Source: Bdellovibrionales bacterium
GTDB taxonomy: Bacteria; Bdellovibrionota; Bdellovibrionia; Bdellovibrionales; UBA1609
Assembly (NCBI GenBank): GCA_050246815.1
Contig: JBFWVI010000003.1
Span: 43,267-107,266, forward strand
Reading direction: 5' to 3'
DNA length: 64,000 nucleotides
Shown here: piece after piece, positions 53,090 to 62,493 of the stretch
How the letters are laid out: each line of letters starts with the position of its first letter
Numbering within the stretch: the first letter of the stretch is position 1
Program-made: the position numbers and the translations under genes
Notes under the pieces: generated by a model
Told to the model about the DNA's origin: nothing
Database searches by the model: none
What the model saw: the letters and a program-made list of their open reading frames with translations, nothing else

Positions 53090-53595
53090 CTTCTTTTAAA
53101 TATGCTTTCATAAGCTTGATTTGGGTTTTTTGTGCCATGGGGAATGCGCAAACGCCCAAGCCTGTCTTTGTGAAGGCCTTTTTGGGCCAAAAAGAATTGC
53201 AGGTCGAAATGGCGGACACGGCTGAAGCGCGTTCGCAAGGGCTGATGTATCGTCGGACCATGCCCTTCAACCAAGGAATGCTGTTCGTGTTTGGCATGGA
53301 GCAAAGCCTGACCTTTTGGATGAAGAACACTTATATGCCCTTGAGCATTGGATTTTTTAATTCGCAGCTTGAGTTGGTTGACATCCAAGACATGCAGCCC
53401 GAATCGATGCTGGTGAAAGAGCTTCCGCGCTACACCAGTCGAAAGCCTGCGCGCCTTGCGTTGGAGATGAATCAGGGCTGGTTTGCTAAAAATAAAATCG
53501 CGGTTGGAGCCAAGCTTCGCTTTCCCAGTAAAGATTTGCCGCCAAGCTTACGTTCTTTTGTGATTCCTGGACTTAAGTCCGTACAGCCGCGCTAG
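53074..53595 (+). CDS. DUF192-domain exported protein
   Basis: VEMADT...GLMYR...GMLFVF...FWMKNT..PLSIGF...ALEM. Confidence 0.93.
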   Translation: MAKNLASFKYAFISLIWVFCAMGNAQTPKPVFVKAFLGQKELQVEMADTAEARSQGLMYRRTMPFNQGMLFVFGMEQSLTFWMKNTYMPLSIGFFNSQLELVDIQDMQPESMLVKELPRYTSRKPARLALEMNQGWFAKNKIAVGAKLRFPSKDLPPSLRSFVIPGLKSVQPR

Positions 53596-53709
53596 CGCGA
53601 CTTCTTACGAGGGACTAAAGACCTGTCTGGGGATTAGACCTTTTTTTGAAAATTCGAATGTGTTCTAATAGTTGTGGTGAACAAGGATGTTTTCAACTTG
53701 GGGTCAGGC

Positions 53710-55074
53710 ATGATGCTTAAGCATGTTTTGTTAGTTTTAATGGCCGCTGGACTCATGATGGGTTCAAGTGGGTGCACTTCAAAAAAAGCAACCGACGAAG
53801 AGGCGACAGCCGACGTCGCGGAAGTCGCCGGTGAAGGCGACGGCTTGGATGTTGGCACAGATGAGGTCGCAGCGGCGGATGACGCCGCGGCGGAACTGGG
53901 TGGCGACGAACTGAGCGCGGACGAGCAATTGCCAGAAGATGGCGATGTCGCGGCAGCCGAAGGGGATGATTTTGCCACACCGGCAGAAGAGTTGGCCGAG
54001 AACCCCGAAAAGACCGATCCAGCAAAGGACGACATGGCGGCCATGGAAGAGCCCATGACCGAACCGACTCCGGAGCCGACGTCCGAGCCTCCACCCACCA
54101 CTGTCGATGAATCTTTGGCGGCAGGCGAAACAACTCCTGAACCAGAAGCGGCGATGCCAATGTCGGAAGAGCCGGCGAAACCGTTACCACCATTGCGCAA
54201 AATCGCCGACATGCCGTACGAGCAGAACGGACTTTTGGTCAACGCCGTCTATATCGCCCGCAAAGGCGACACATGGGATGGTGTGACCAGCAAGATCTAT
54301 GGTACCGTCGAGCGCAAAAAAGAGTTGGCCAAACTCAACCCCACTATAAAAAACCGAGAAGTCAAAGTGGGCGACAAGATCTATTACAATTCGCCTCAGC
54401 GCCCAACCGACAATCAAAAGCTACTGACCTATTATGAAGACATGGGATTGGCCCCTGAAACTTATGCGGTCACCAAACCAGAGAACATCCGCACGATTGC
54501 GAAGAATTTGTTGGGCGACACCAACAGTTGGAAAGAGCTTTGGGCCACCAACCTCGATTTAGAATCCAAAGGCGAATTGGCCGAAGGCACCCAGCTTCGC
54601 TATTGGGCCGGTGCGCCGGCGTCTACAGTCGCCCAGGCCGAAGTGCCACCGCCAACAGAGATGGCCCCGCCGGTAGATCCGTCGGCAGCGGCCCCAGTTG
54701 AGCAAGCACCACCACCTCCGCCACCGATCGAGCAGCCCGTGGACCAAATGGCAGCGGCGCCACCCCCAGCGGACCCGAATGCGGCAGCCGGTACGATGGA
54801 CCAGGCGCCACCTCCGCCGCCTGCGGATTTACCGCCTCCCCCGCCGCCCCCTCCCCCGGCGGATACTCAGGCTGCGGCAGAACCGCCGACATCTCCCGGC
54901 GTGGGCGGACCTGAGGGCGTCATGAACGCACTTGAAAATCCGGATCAAACAATGGCCATGGGCGCAGGTGCCATCTTGTTGTTGGGTGCCGTTGCGATCT
55001 TTATCATGATTCGTAAGCGCAAGGCCCGTCGGCAGATCGACTTTCACACCTCGACCCAGACCCAGATAGAATAA
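53710..55074 (+). CDS. Lipoprotein with acidic linker, two LysM-like domains, poly-Pro region and C-terminal TM anchor
   Basis: Lipobox SSGC; YIARKGDTW...IYG...LAKLNP...VGDKI; second LysM-like unit; TM followed by RKRKARR. Confidence 0.85.
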   Translation: MMLKHVLLVLMAAGLMMGSSGCTSKKATDEEATADVAEVAGEGDGLDVGTDEVAAADDAAAELGGDELSADEQLPEDGDVAAAEGDDFATPAEELAENPEKTDPAKDDMAAMEEPMTEPTPEPTSEPPPTTVDESLAAGETTPEPEAAMPMSEEPAKPLPPLRKIADMPYEQNGLLVNAVYIARKGDTWDGVTSKIYGTVERKKELAKLNPTIKNREVKVGDKIYYNSPQRPTDNQKLLTYYEDMGLAPETYAVTKPENIRTIAKNLLGDTNSWKELWATNLDLESKGELAEGTQLRYWAGAPASTVAQAEVPPPTEMAPPVDPSAAAPVEQAPPPPPPIEQPVDQMAAAPPPADPNAAAGTMDQAPPPPPADLPPPPPPPPPADTQAAAEPPTSPGVGGPEGVMNALENPDQTMAMGAGAILLLGAVAIFIMIRKRKARRQIDFHTSTQTQIE

Positions 55075-55095
55075 GTAACCAAGCAAGAGATGGAT

Positions 55096-55130
55096 AAAAA
55101 ACTAGGCAGCTTTAGCTGCCCAGTTTTTTT
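55096..55130. terminator. Bidirectional intrinsic terminator
   Basis: aaaaaactaggcagc/gctgcccagttttttt between convergent genes. Confidence 0.85.
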
Positions 55131-55152
55131 GTGCATTTTGTTTTATGAGCGA

Positions 55153-55524
55153 TTAGCTGACGCGCTTGAAGATGTCATCCAACACAGAGCGGCGATCTTC
55201 ACGCGAAGACTCTACAAAATACATAAGGTCGTCGACGATCTGAACGTCGCGATTGTTGAACGGCTGAAATTTGATACCGCAGCCGGCGCCATTTTTCCAA
55301 ACGATGGTGGCGTTGATATTGCGACGACGACCACTGACCACAAAGGTCACGATCACTTTGTCGGTGGCAGTTAAAAGCTCGGCATTAGTTTCTAAAAAAG
55401 CGCCTGTCAGGCTGATGTTACGAAGTGTGCCACGTACGCTTTGTCGAGCGTAACTACGACGGTACTCCACATCCATCTTTAAAGGAAGACGTGGGGCCGG
55501 GGCTGAATCCTGATTAGGGTTCAT
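55153..55524 (-). CDS. Stand-alone PilZ-domain protein
   Basis: NISLTGAF (D/N-x-S-x-x-G), VW...GIKF; the N-terminal RxxxR has only one Arg (SAPAPR). Confidence 0.88.
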   Translation of the reverse strand: MNPNQDSAPAPRLPLKMDVEYRRSYARQSVRGTLRNISLTGAFLETNAELLTATDKVIVTFVVSGRRRNINATIVWKNGAGCGIKFQPFNNRDVQIVDDLMYFVESSREDRRSVLDDIFKRVS

Positions 55525-55551
55525 ACTTAACCCTCCTGTTGTGCTTTAAAC

Positions 55552-55578
55552 TTATCGGAGTCTCACGTGAATAATTGA
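55552..55578 (-). promoter_or_regulatory. sigma28 (FliA) promoter
   Basis: TCAA-N15-TCCGATAA on the minus strand, upstream of the AGGAGG RBS of the PilZ gene. Confidence 0.75.
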
Positions 55579-55928
55579 GTGTTTTCTCGAAGTTAGGGGC
55601 CCCATCGTCAAAAAAATCGACGTTTTTCTAAAAATTGTGTTTTATTCTGAGAAAGTTGGCAAAAATTGTATAAAATTAAGACGCGCAGGAAAAATTAAGA
55701 CTTGCAGATACATAATGCGTTGCGATAAAGTTGTCTGCAGAGTCCATTGACAAGGTTGAAGTCCAGCCCGTAGAAATGTAGCACCGTCAAGACAAGCGTT
55801 TCGCCAGTAAACAGCAATAGTTTTTAAAAACGACGATTCCTCAAACCAACCGCCACTGCGGCAAAATAAACCAACCAACCCAATGACAATTTCACAGACC
55901 AAAGTTTCAAACAAACAAGGAAATATGT

Positions 55929-57566
55929 ATGTCTGAGCACCCAGACGCTCCCAAGACCAATGCGGACGATAAAAAACCGACCGAAGCAGCTGCCGAAGGC
56001 GCGGCCAGCGCGGCTCCAAGCGAGACCGCACCCGCACCGCGAGAACGTGACAATGAAGATCGTGGAGACCGGGGCGGCGGCGGCTATCGACGCGGTAGCA
56101 ATGGCGGCGGTGGGCGACATGACCAGCGGCGTTTCCAAAAAAATGATCGCAACGATCGGGGCGGTGGTCACCGCGGCGGCCGCGGGGGGCCCAACGGTGG
56201 TCACAATCCACGGCCGCATCAGACCCGTCCAGGAGGCATGCAAGATGATCATGAAGAGATTCAACCGACCATCGAAGTGGATTTATCCGACATCAATCTA
56301 AGTGAAGAAGAGCGTAAACAGCTGACGTCAAAAAATCTGCGCTCGAAAGACATCCGTGAACTGACGGTCTTCGCAAGTAAGCTAAAAATTGAAAATGCCG
56401 CCGGCATGCGGCGTCAGGACATGGTATTTGAGATCTTGAAGCGCGCCTCTCAATTGGGTGACATTTTTGGCGATGGCGTTTTGGAGATTCTGCCGGATGG
56501 TTATGGCTTCTTGCGCTCACCGGATTACAACTACCTGCCAGGTCCCGATGATATTTATGTCAGCCCTTCGCAAATTCGCCGTTTTGGCCTTCGCACCGGG
56601 GATACGGTCAGCGGTACGGTTCGCCCACCCAAAGACGGCGAACGCTATTTTGCCCTTCTTAAAGTCGACACGTTGAACTTTGAGGCTCAAGAAAAAGCCA
56701 AAGATAAGATTCTGTTCGACAACTTAACGCCCCTTTATCCAGAAAAACGCTTACACCTTGAGCTAGGCCCAAAAGACTACACCACTCGTGTGGTAGACTT
56801 GATGGCGCCCCTTGGAAAAGGTCAGCGCGCTTTGATCGTGGCGCCTCCTCGCACCGGCAAAACCGTGCTTTTACAAAACATTGCCAATGCGATTTCAAAA
56901 AACCATCCCGAAGTCACCTTGATCGTTTTGCTCATCGACGAGCGTCCCGAGGAAGTGACCGACATGCTGCGTACCGTGAAGGGCGAAGTGGTTAGCTCGA
57001 CCTTTGACGAGCCACCCACCCGTCACGTGCAAGTGGCTGAGATGGTCATCGAAAAAGCCAAACGTTTGGTGGAACACAAACACGACGTGGTCATCTTATT
57101 GGACTCGATCACTCGTCTGGCACGTGCTTACAACACAGTCGTTCCGCCCTCGGGTAAAATCTTATCCGGCGGCGTTGATTCCAACGCACTTCATAAGCCG
57201 AAACGCTTCTTTGGGGCAGCTCGAAACATTGAAGAAGGCGGAAGCTTGACCATTATTGCAACCGCGTTGGTCGACACCGGCTCGCGCATGGATGAAGTCA
57301 TTTTCGAAGAGTTCAAAGGCACGGGCAACTCCGAAATTCATCTTGATCGCAAGCTGATGGAAAAGCGAATTTTCCCATGTATGGACATCAACAAATCGGG
57401 CACGCGTAAAGAGGACCTGCTTATTGAAAAGGCCAACTTAAACCGCTTGTGGATTTTGCGCAAAGTTTTGGCGCCGATGAACGTGGTCGATAGCATGGAA
57501 TTCTTGTTGGGCAAGCTTGAAAGCACGAAGACCAACAATGACTTCCTGGCCGCCATGAGCAATTAA
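55929..57566 (+). CDS. rho: Transcription termination factor Rho with disordered N-terminal extension
   Basis: [51 protein letters not shown]. Confidence 0.99.
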   Translation: MSEHPDAPKTNADDKKPTEAAAEGAASAAPSETAPAPRERDNEDRGDRGGGGYRRGSNGGGGRHDQRRFQKNDRNDRGGGHRGGRGGPNGGHNPRPHQTRPGGMQDDHEEIQPTIEVDLSDINLSEEERKQLTSKNLRSKDIRELTVFASKLKIENAAGMRRQDMVFEILKRASQLGDIFGDGVLEILPDGYGFLRSPDYNYLPGPDDIYVSPSQIRRFGLRTGDTVSGTVRPPKDGERYFALLKVDTLNFEAQEKAKDKILFDNLTPLYPEKRLHLELGPKDYTTRVVDLMAPLGKGQRALIVAPPRTGKTVLLQNIANAISKNHPEVTLIVLLIDERPEEVTDMLRTVKGEVVSSTFDEPPTRHVQVAEMVIEKAKRLVEHKHDVVILLDSITRLARAYNTVVPPSGKILSGGVDSNALHKPKRFFGAARNIEEGGSLTIIATALVDTGSRMDEVIFEEFKGTGNSEIHLDRKLMEKRIFPCMDINKSGTRKEDLLIEKANLNRLWILRKVLAPMNVVDSMEFLLGKLESTKTNNDFLAAMSN

Positions 57567-57577
57567 GTTTTAGGTCC

Positions 57578-58651
57578 ATGTTCGCCAAGCTGGAAGAAGT
57601 CGAAAAGCGGTTCGAGCAGATCACTCAAGATCTGCAGCGACCCGGTATCACCGACGATCAAAACAAATATCGCAAAATGATGAAAGAGCTTTCGGACCTG
57701 GAAGCGGTAGTGAACACCTTTCGTCGCTATAAAAAGGACAAGCAGCAGTTGCAAGACAGCCGGGAACTTTTAAACGGCGAACAAGATCCCGAACTCAAGG
57801 CCATGGCGAAAGAGGAAATCGCAGAACTGGAAAGACAAATCGCCCAGCACGAGGCCGATCTTAAAATCCTGCTTTTGCCAAAAGATCCCAATGACGAAAA
57901 AAATATCATCCTTGAAATTCGTGCCGGAGCGGGTGGGGATGAAGCCGGCCTGTTCGCCAAAGAGCTATACCGTGCCTATTCACTTTATGCTGCGGCACAA
58001 GGCTGGCGCTGCGAACTGATGTCCATTTCAGAAGGCAGCGTGGGCGGTTACAAAGAGGTCATCGCCACGATTTCGGGCGAAAAGGTGTTTTCGAAGTTAA
58101 AATATGAAAGTGGCGTTCACCGCGTTCAGCGTGTTCCGCAAACCGAGGCTCAGGGACGCGTGCACACCTCAACCGTCACGGTCGCGGTCTTGCCGGAAGT
58201 CGAATTGAACGAAGTGAAGATCAATCAAAATGATTTGCGCATCGACACCATGCGGGCTTCGGGAGCGGGCGGTCAATCGGTTAACAGAACAGATTCGGCC
58301 GTTCGCATAACGCATATTCCTTCGGGCCTGGTGGTGCACTGCCAAGAGGGAAAGTCTCAGCATGCCAACCGTGATCGTGCGATGCAAATTTTAATGGCAA
58401 GGCTTGTTGCCATCGAGGATGAAAAGGTACGCAAAGAGGCCTCAGATGCTCGTTTGGCGCAGATCGGGACCGGTGATCGATCCGAACGAATTCGCACGTA
58501 CAATTTTCCGCAAAGCCGGATCACCGACCACCGAATCGGTTTCACCACCCATGCCATTGACACTGTGATGAACGGAAAGCTGGATGAGCTGGTTGAGCCC
58601 CTGGTGACGCATTTCCAAGCCGAAGCGCTGAAGCGCCAAGCTCGGGCATGA
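57578..58651 (+). CDS. prfA: Peptide chain release factor 1
   Basis: PxT (RVPQTE) stop-codon recognition motif, [12 protein letters not shown]. Confidence 0.98.
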   Translation: MFAKLEEVEKRFEQITQDLQRPGITDDQNKYRKMMKELSDLEAVVNTFRRYKKDKQQLQDSRELLNGEQDPELKAMAKEEIAELERQIAQHEADLKILLLPKDPNDEKNIILEIRAGAGGDEAGLFAKELYRAYSLYAAAQGWRCELMSISEGSVGGYKEVIATISGEKVFSKLKYESGVHRVQRVPQTEAQGRVHTSTVTVAVLPEVELNEVKINQNDLRIDTMRASGAGGQSVNRTDSAVRITHIPSGLVVHCQEGKSQHANRDRAMQILMARLVAIEDEKVRKEASDARLAQIGTGDRSERIRTYNFPQSRITDHRIGFTTHAIDTVMNGKLDELVEPLVTHFQAEALKRQARA

Positions 58652-59496
58652 GGCTGGGCGAAGTCACGACTCAGTTTACGGAACAATTAAGAACACGTGG
58701 ATTTGAACAGCCGCTCGCTGAGGCCCATTTGTTGATTTGCGGCGTTTTGGGTTGGACCCGCACGCAAGTGATTTCAGACGATCAAAAGCAGTTGGCGACA
58801 GCACAACTAGAGCAGCTTCGGTCCGCAATCGAGCGCCGACTTCAGGGCGAGCCACTCGCCTACATTCTGGGCCGAAAAGATTTTTATAAAAGCATTTTTC
58901 ACGTCGGGCCGGGCGCGCTGATTCCGCGGCCCGAAACCGAAATGTTGGTCGAGTTCGCGCTTAAGCACTTTCCAAATCAGCAGCACGAACTTTGGTTGGC
59001 CGACTTTGGCGCGGGTTCGGGCTGTGTTGGAATTTCAATTTTACTGGAGCGGCCGCAGGCACGGCTTGTCGCTGTTGAAAGTTCGATGAAGGCCCAAGAG
59101 TATCTGCGAAAAAATTTGCAGCATTATGGCCTTGAAGAGCGTTGTGAAATTTTGCACCTTGAGGTCGAAAAATTTAAATGCACCAAGAAATTCGATTTGG
59201 TCGTGGCCAACCCGCCCTATATCGCGGCAGACGACAAAAATGTGGCCTCTGACGTTCAATCGTTTGAGCCGCCCACGGCACTTTATGCCGATCAAAATGG
59301 CCTTGGCGCTATCCGTCGTTGGGCCGAAGTGGCGGGCCAAGTTTTAAGACCTCAGGGGCTTTTGCTGATGGAAATAGGCGCCAGCCAAAAAGCTGCGGTG
59401 TTGGCTGAGCCTTGGTCCAAGTGGGGTTTTTCGGCGCCTGAAATTAAAAAGGACCTGGCCGGGCTTTCGCGAATGATTGTGGCCATGTTACGCTAG
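58648..59496 (+). CDS. prmC: Release factor glutamine methyltransferase
   Basis: [27 protein letters not shown]; follows prfA. Confidence 0.96.
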   Translation: MRLGEVTTQFTEQLRTRGFEQPLAEAHLLICGVLGWTRTQVISDDQKQLATAQLEQLRSAIERRLQGEPLAYILGRKDFYKSIFHVGPGALIPRPETEMLVEFALKHFPNQQHELWLADFGAGSGCVGISILLERPQARLVAVESSMKAQEYLRKNLQHYGLEERCEILHLEVEKFKCTKKFDLVVANPPYIAADDKNVASDVQSFEPPTALYADQNGLGAIRRWAEVAGQVLRPQGLLLMEIGASQKAAVLAEPWSKWGFSAPEIKKDLAGLSRMIVAMLR

Positions 59497-59522
59497 AACT
59501 TTTGAGTCCTTAAGGAGCCTTC

Positions 59523-60773
59523 ATGGATAAGATGCGTGTACACGGCGGGCGGGTATTAAGTGGCACGGTGGCCACCAGCGGAGCAAAGAACTCTGCGCTG
59601 CCAATTTTATTCTCTAGCTTACTGGCAGAAGGCGAACATACCTTTCACAACGTGCCGCGCTTAATGGACATTGATTCGACTTCGGAACTGCTTGAAACCT
59701 TGGGCTGTGAGGTTGAACACGAAGGCAATACCTTTAAAATTCGCGTGGGCCCGCTGAAAGATCCCGTGGCCTCGTATGATCTTGTTCGAAAAATGCGGGC
59801 AAGCATCCTTTGTTTGGGTCCTTTGATGGCTCGTTTTGGCAAAGCCAAAGTCAGTTTGCCCGGGGGCTGCGCCATCGGCACCCGCCCCATTGATTTGCAT
59901 CTTGAGGGCTTGAAGGCCATGGGCGCGACAATCACACTGGACAGTGGCTATGTGCTGGGCGAATCCGGACGCCTAAAGGGCACTTTGATTTTATTCGAAT
60001 CACCAACAGTTGGCGGCACTGAAAATTTGATGATGGCGGCGACCTTGGCAGAGGGTCGAACCACGATCGAAAACGCCGCAAAGGAACCCGAGATTGTCGA
60101 CCTGGCCAATTACTTGAACAAAATGGGTGCGAAAGTTTCTGGAGCCGGTACCAGCATTATCACCATTGAAGGTGTTAGCAAATTGAAGCCGTCCGAGCAT
60201 CACATCATTCCTGATCGCATTGAAGCCGGAACGCTGTTAATTGCCGGCGCCATCACCGGAGGTGAAGTGACTGTGACCAAATGCCGACCGCAAGATTTGG
60301 ATGCTCTTTTACAAAAAATGCGCGAGAGTGGATTCACCATCACCACCTCAGAAAATTCGATGACTGTTAAGGCCTGCAAAAGCTGGCAAGGGGTTGACGT
60401 GACCACCGCGCCACACCCGGCCTTCCCAACCGATCTACAAGCGCAGTTTATGGCCCTCATGACACAGGCGGCGGGCACTAGTGTGATTACAGAAACCGTT
60501 TTTGAAAATCGTTTTATGCATGTGCAAGAGCTGGTGCGCCTTGGCGCGGACATCACACCAAAAACTCGAGTCGCAGTGGTGCGTGGAAAACCAAAAAGCT
60601 TAAAGGGCGCGCCGGTTATGGCAACCGATTTGCGTGCCAGTGCGTGTTTGGTTTTGGCAGGTTTGGTCGCTGAAGGTGAAACTCTGGTCAATCGGATCTA
60701 TCACTTGGATCGCGGCTACGAGGGCATGGAGCAAAAACTCAAATCCCTGGGCGCACAAGTCGAACGCATTTGA
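59523..60773 (+). CDS. murA: UDP-N-acetylglucosamine 1-carboxyvinyltransferase
   Basis: [19 protein letters not shown] (active-site Cys), PDRIE, FPTDLQ, DLRA. Confidence 0.99.
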   Translation: MDKMRVHGGRVLSGTVATSGAKNSALPILFSSLLAEGEHTFHNVPRLMDIDSTSELLETLGCEVEHEGNTFKIRVGPLKDPVASYDLVRKMRASILCLGPLMARFGKAKVSLPGGCAIGTRPIDLHLEGLKAMGATITLDSGYVLGESGRLKGTLILFESPTVGGTENLMMAATLAEGRTTIENAAKEPEIVDLANYLNKMGAKVSGAGTSIITIEGVSKLKPSEHHIIPDRIEAGTLLIAGAITGGEVTVTKCRPQDLDALLQKMRESGFTITTSENSMTVKACKSWQGVDVTTAPHPAFPTDLQAQFMALMTQAAGTSVITETVFENRFMHVQELVRLGADITPKTRVAVVRGKPKSLKGAPVMATDLRASACLVLAGLVAEGETLVNRIYHLDRGYEGMEQKLKSLGAQVERI

Positions 60774-60817
60774 CCTGATGTCGCGCAGACCGTCTGAAGC
60801 CGCATGCCAAGCAGACA

Positions 60818-61297
60818 TTACTTTTCTTCGCAGTCGACCATTTTTTCGTAACTTCCCTGCGCGGTCACAACAGACACGTAATAGTCAACAGGCTGAGGCT
60901 GATCCAGACTGCGCTTGAACAGCGTCATTTCGTAGTCTTTGGTTTTGCCGATCAAAACTCGATCCGTGAGACTTGGTATGGCATCTGCTGCAAAAAGACC
61001 ATTCACAAGTGTATTGTCTTTTTTGTTAACCGAAAGGGCGTGGGGATCCACGTAACGGTTTGCTTCATTACCTTCGATCAGTTCGAAGGTCCCATGAAAT
61101 TTATAGATCGCAACCGATCTGATATCTTGATCGTCGATATGGCAGAGGACTTTTTGTTCAACTTTCGTCGCGGACTCGGCAAGCTGAAGCAGGGTACCCG
61201 CGCTGACGGTGTTGGCTTCTGATCGAGCATGGGCAGAGCCGCTGCCAAACAATACAGTGAGGACGAGTGCAAAAAACAAGGCCGCTTCTTTCGACAT
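60818..61297 (-). CDS. Secreted hypothetical protein
   Basis: AGGAGA RBS; signal peptide ending AHA; two Cys. Confidence 0.82.
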   Translation of the reverse strand: MSKEAALFFALVLTVLFGSGSAHARSEANTVSAGTLLQLAESATKVEQKVLCHIDDQDIRSVAIYKFHGTFELIEGNEANRYVDPHALSVNKKDNTLVNGLFAADAIPSLTDRVLIGKTKDYEMTLFKRSLDQPQPVDYYVSVVTAQGSYEKMVDCEEK

Positions 61298-61327
61298 AAA
61301 AATAATCTCCTGAGTAAAGTTTTACTC

Positions 61328-61343
61328 AGCAAGCGCCATGCCC
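61328..61343 (-). promoter_or_regulatory. sigma54 -24/-12 promoter
   Basis: GGGCAT-ggcgc-TTGCT on the minus strand (GG-N10-GC), about 30 bp before the ATG. Confidence 0.7.
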
Positions 61344-61502
61344 GCGTCATTTCAAAATACAGAGCTAAAAGCCTATAAAAGGCATCCCGGCCCAATCCAA
61401 CGCGAATGATTTACAAGACTGTCCACACCCCAAGCAATCAAACTACTCTAAAACAGTCTGGTAAAGTCCCATCAAAGAATCTGAGTCGAAAAGACAAAGA
61501 GT

Positions 61503-61536
61503 AAAAAAACCCGAGGTGGAGGGGCCACGCTCGGGT
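61503..61536 (-). terminator. Intrinsic terminator
   Basis: Minus strand acccgag...ctcgggt stem plus T-tract, downstream of the 61568-62239 gene. Confidence 0.8.
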
Positions 61537-61567
61537 CAAAAGGATTCCAAGCCGTGTGGTCTGACGA

Positions 61568-62239
61568 CTACATGGTCACAGGAAGGATCTTCACAACCAT
61601 CAATCGCTGGGTCGGGAGGACCGGTAAGATATTTTGGTTGCGAAACGGGTTCACAAATCTCTCTTCGTTCGTTTGGAGGGGACCGAAGTGACCGAAGAGA
61701 GAAACTTTTTTGTTCATAAAAGGAAGACTGTCGACCTGACTGTCATCGATCATCACGATGCGGTTTTGATCAGTGACCACGGCCTTTTGGCCTTGAGTTG
61801 TGCTCATCAATACGCCGGTGAGCTCAACCGGCTGACGCAGGGTCATGACGTCGCCGCCCGAGAAGGTCACGACAAAGGGGTAACCTTTCGTTTTGATGGT
61901 GTAAACTTGATGGGGGGAGACCAAAACGCCAGATTGTTGTACCAACACGCGGATGTCTGCGATCAAGCTGTATACGCCGCCGATGGCTTGCGCGCACATA
62001 TCACCGGTTTCTTCAGCGACAACCTCAAGGATCATCGTGTTGGGGGCTTCGCTGCTGGGGACTAAGGTGGGGCGGGGCGATGCAATACAGAGGTTCTTTT
62101 TGGGGCCGCTGATCTCAATCTTCCAGGAGCCTTCCTTATAGCTGATGTTTTGAATTGCCAGCTGAGTTTCGTCTGCGCGAGCAAAACCAGAGAACAACAA
62201 AACTCCAACCACATAACCAAAAATCAGCGCTTTTTTCAT
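61568..62239 (-). CDS. Secreted hypothetical protein
   Basis: GGGGAG RBS; signal peptide ending ARA; Cys pair (NLC...MCAQAI). Confidence 0.85.
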   Translation of the reverse strand: MKKALIFGYVVGVLLFSGFARADETQLAIQNISYKEGSWKIEISGPKKNLCIASPRPTLVPSSEAPNTMILEVVAEETGDMCAQAIGGVYSLIADIRVLVQQSGVLVSPHQVYTIKTKGYPFVVTFSGGDVMTLRQPVELTGVLMSTTQGQKAVVTDQNRIVMIDDSQVDSLPFMNKKVSLFGHFGPLQTNEERFVNPFRNQNILPVLPTQRLMVVKILPVTM

Positions 62240-62280
62240 ATTCTCCCCCGAGAATTCAACAAACGTTCGCGAGCCAATAA

Positions 62281-62296
62281 AGCAAAGTCAGTGCCA
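62281..62296 (-). promoter_or_regulatory. sigma54 -24/-12 promoter (consensus)
   Basis: TGGCAC-tgact-TTGCT on the minus strand; inverted repeat GCGCA-AAAAA-TGCGC at 62352-62366 may be an activator site. Confidence 0.8.
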
Positions 62297-62493
62297 AAGT
62301 CGAGTTGGCGTGAAATCGAAACAAATCAGTGCAGCAGATTGGCAATGCAATGCGCAAAAAATGCGCTTGGTTCCGAACTGGAGCTATTTTTCTGGAGCAC
62401 AAGAAATCTATAATAATTTCATCAGATTGGAAGTTCGGGCCCAGTTTGGAGCCAAATCTCAAATTGGCACTATGTTCGACTGAAGGAGTCAGG

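Noticed and set aside
54640..54900. C-rich repeats as a DNA repeat element, or as ligand for the nearby GYF protein
   Set aside because: They simply encode poly-Pro, which is predicted periplasmic while the GYF domain is predicted cytoplasmic
55559..55574. parS-like TCACGTGA core
   Set aside because: Only 12/16 match to TGTTTCACGTGAAACA, and it lies in the sigma28 spacer
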